Source of the DNA: an uncultured Verrucomicrobiae bacterium | GTDB taxonomy: Bacteria > Verrucomicrobiota > Verrucomicrobiia > Limisphaerales > Palsa-1400 | Direction: 5' to 3' | DNA length: 64,000 nt | NCBI GenBank assembly: GCA_963764165.1 | Contig: CAVXRD010000001.1 | Location: 256,001 to 320,000, forward strand | Shown here: positions 63,044 through 64,000 of the stretch, one piece after another | How the letters are laid out: the number at the start of each line of letters is the position of its first letter | Position numbering within the stretch: the first letter of the stretch is position 1 | The notes under the pieces: generated by a model | Databases searched by the model: none | What the model was told of the DNA's origin: nothing | Seen by the model: only the letters and a program-made list of their open reading frames with translations | Made by a program: the position numbers and the translations under genes

Positions 63044-64000
63044 CTACTGCCTGGCTGGGGCGCGAAAGTCCTCCAGCGTGAGCGCCGGATAGTAAACTCC
63101 CTTGAACTCGCGGCGCCACCAATCCCCTGTCTTCTTGCGCGTCTCACGGTCCGTAAAATGATATTCGTAAACGATTGCCCGGACGTACTTGGGCGGCTTT
63201 TGCGGGAATGGATTTGTGGCAAGAAGATCCAGCACGGGCTTCGATCCCTCCAGCAGCCGTTTCTCAAATGGAAAGAACCAGGTTCTCGAACGCACGGGGT
63301 CAAGGACGGCGAACCACATCTGCCAATCGAGGCGCGGCTGGTAGGGGGCGACAAATTCCGGGCGGCGGCGCACATCGCCGGGATTGTATTTGAATTCGTA
63401 ATCCCGCCATTCCTTGCGGTCGTCGCTGCCTTGCATCACAATTTCCGGCCGGGTTTGCGTCATCACGGCGAAAAGCCCGTAACCATTAAAGCTCCTGAGC
63501 GGATGCACCCACGCGAATACCACGCCGACGGCCTCCGGCCATTGCTGCTGGACGCCGGCGGTGAGTAAAAGCGGAATCGTGGTTGCCGGAATAACACACG
63601 CCGTCAAAATCACTGTAACCGGCCATGGCCACCGGCGGCCTCGCGCCGCGACCGGAGGCGTCACCGCCACTTCCTTTTTCGCGCGGAGCCATTTCAACGC
63701 GTTGTCATCCAGCAGCGGAATGCATAGCACTATCGTGAGCCAGTTAAAGAACGTGTAATTGCCTGTCAACATAATGGCGACCTGGAAGAGCGCAAACACC
63801 ACCGCCGCCGTCAGCCGCAATCGGCGCCCGGAGAAAATGAAAACCGGCACAATCAATTCGATCACAAACATAAGCACGGTGCAAAACGTCTGGAGGCCAT
63901 TCGGCCATTGATGCGCGTACCAGGCAATCCAGGTGGGCAGCGGCTGGGTTTCGTAATGGACGCGCAATGCGCTCAAGTTCCACCACACCGCATCACCGCT
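63044..64000 (-). CDS. Lipase maturation factor family protein (5'-partial)
   Basis: HYETQPLP, LTGNY.FFN, YGLFA.MT..RPE and PYQPRLDWQMWF. Confidence 0.93.
   Translation of the reverse strand, partial: SGDAVWWNLSALRVHYETQPLPTWIAWYAHQWPNGLQTFCTVLMFVIELIVPVFIFSGRRLRLTAAVVFALFQVAIMLTGNYTFFNWLTIVLCIPLLDDNALKWLRAKKEVAVTPPVAARGRRWPWPVTVILTACVIPATTIPLLLTAGVQQQWPEAVGVVFAWVHPLRSFNGYGLFAVMTQTRPEIVMQGSDDRKEWRDYEFKYNPGDVRRRPEFVAPYQPRLDWQMWFAVLDPVRSRTWFFPFEKRLLEGSKPVLDLLATNPFPQKPPKYVRAIVYEYHFTDRETRKKTGDWWRREFKGVYYPALTLEDFRAPARQ

Overview
Bacterial chromosomal window, GC-rich by eye. Its gene content (PSCyt/DUF1549-DUF1553 plus DUF1501 pair, squalene-hopene cyclase, DUF2723 protein, dense REP-like palindromes) suggests the PVC group, probably Verrucomicrobiota; this is an inference. 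Housekeeping genes include glmS, a UbiB kinase, trxA, a PilC/GspF protein, pyrD, shc and tRNA-Leu(GAG). They are mixed with two RND efflux operons, a frameshifted mgtA, a receiver-TrxB/cNMP-kinase pair and several accessory patches. Main points of interest: (1) a 1553-aa RND permease fused in frame to its outer-membrane channel through an internal signal-peptide-like segment that has lost the lipobox Cys; (2) a 140-bp MITE present twice, each copy inserted in a REP hairpin with a 4-bp target duplication; (3) a RAYT transposase bracketed by two 141-bp hairpin repeats; (4) a three-copy 104-bp element of phased GCTACA/GCAACA hexamers around a TTGATTATCA core, lying next to accessory genes; (5) a HipA-like kinase plus DUF3037 operon; (6) two toxin-antitoxin loci whose PIN toxins have each collapsed to about 85 bp; (7) a motif shared upstream of the RND-mgtA and shc-pyrD operons. 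All family calls come from motif recognition by eye; no database searches were run.
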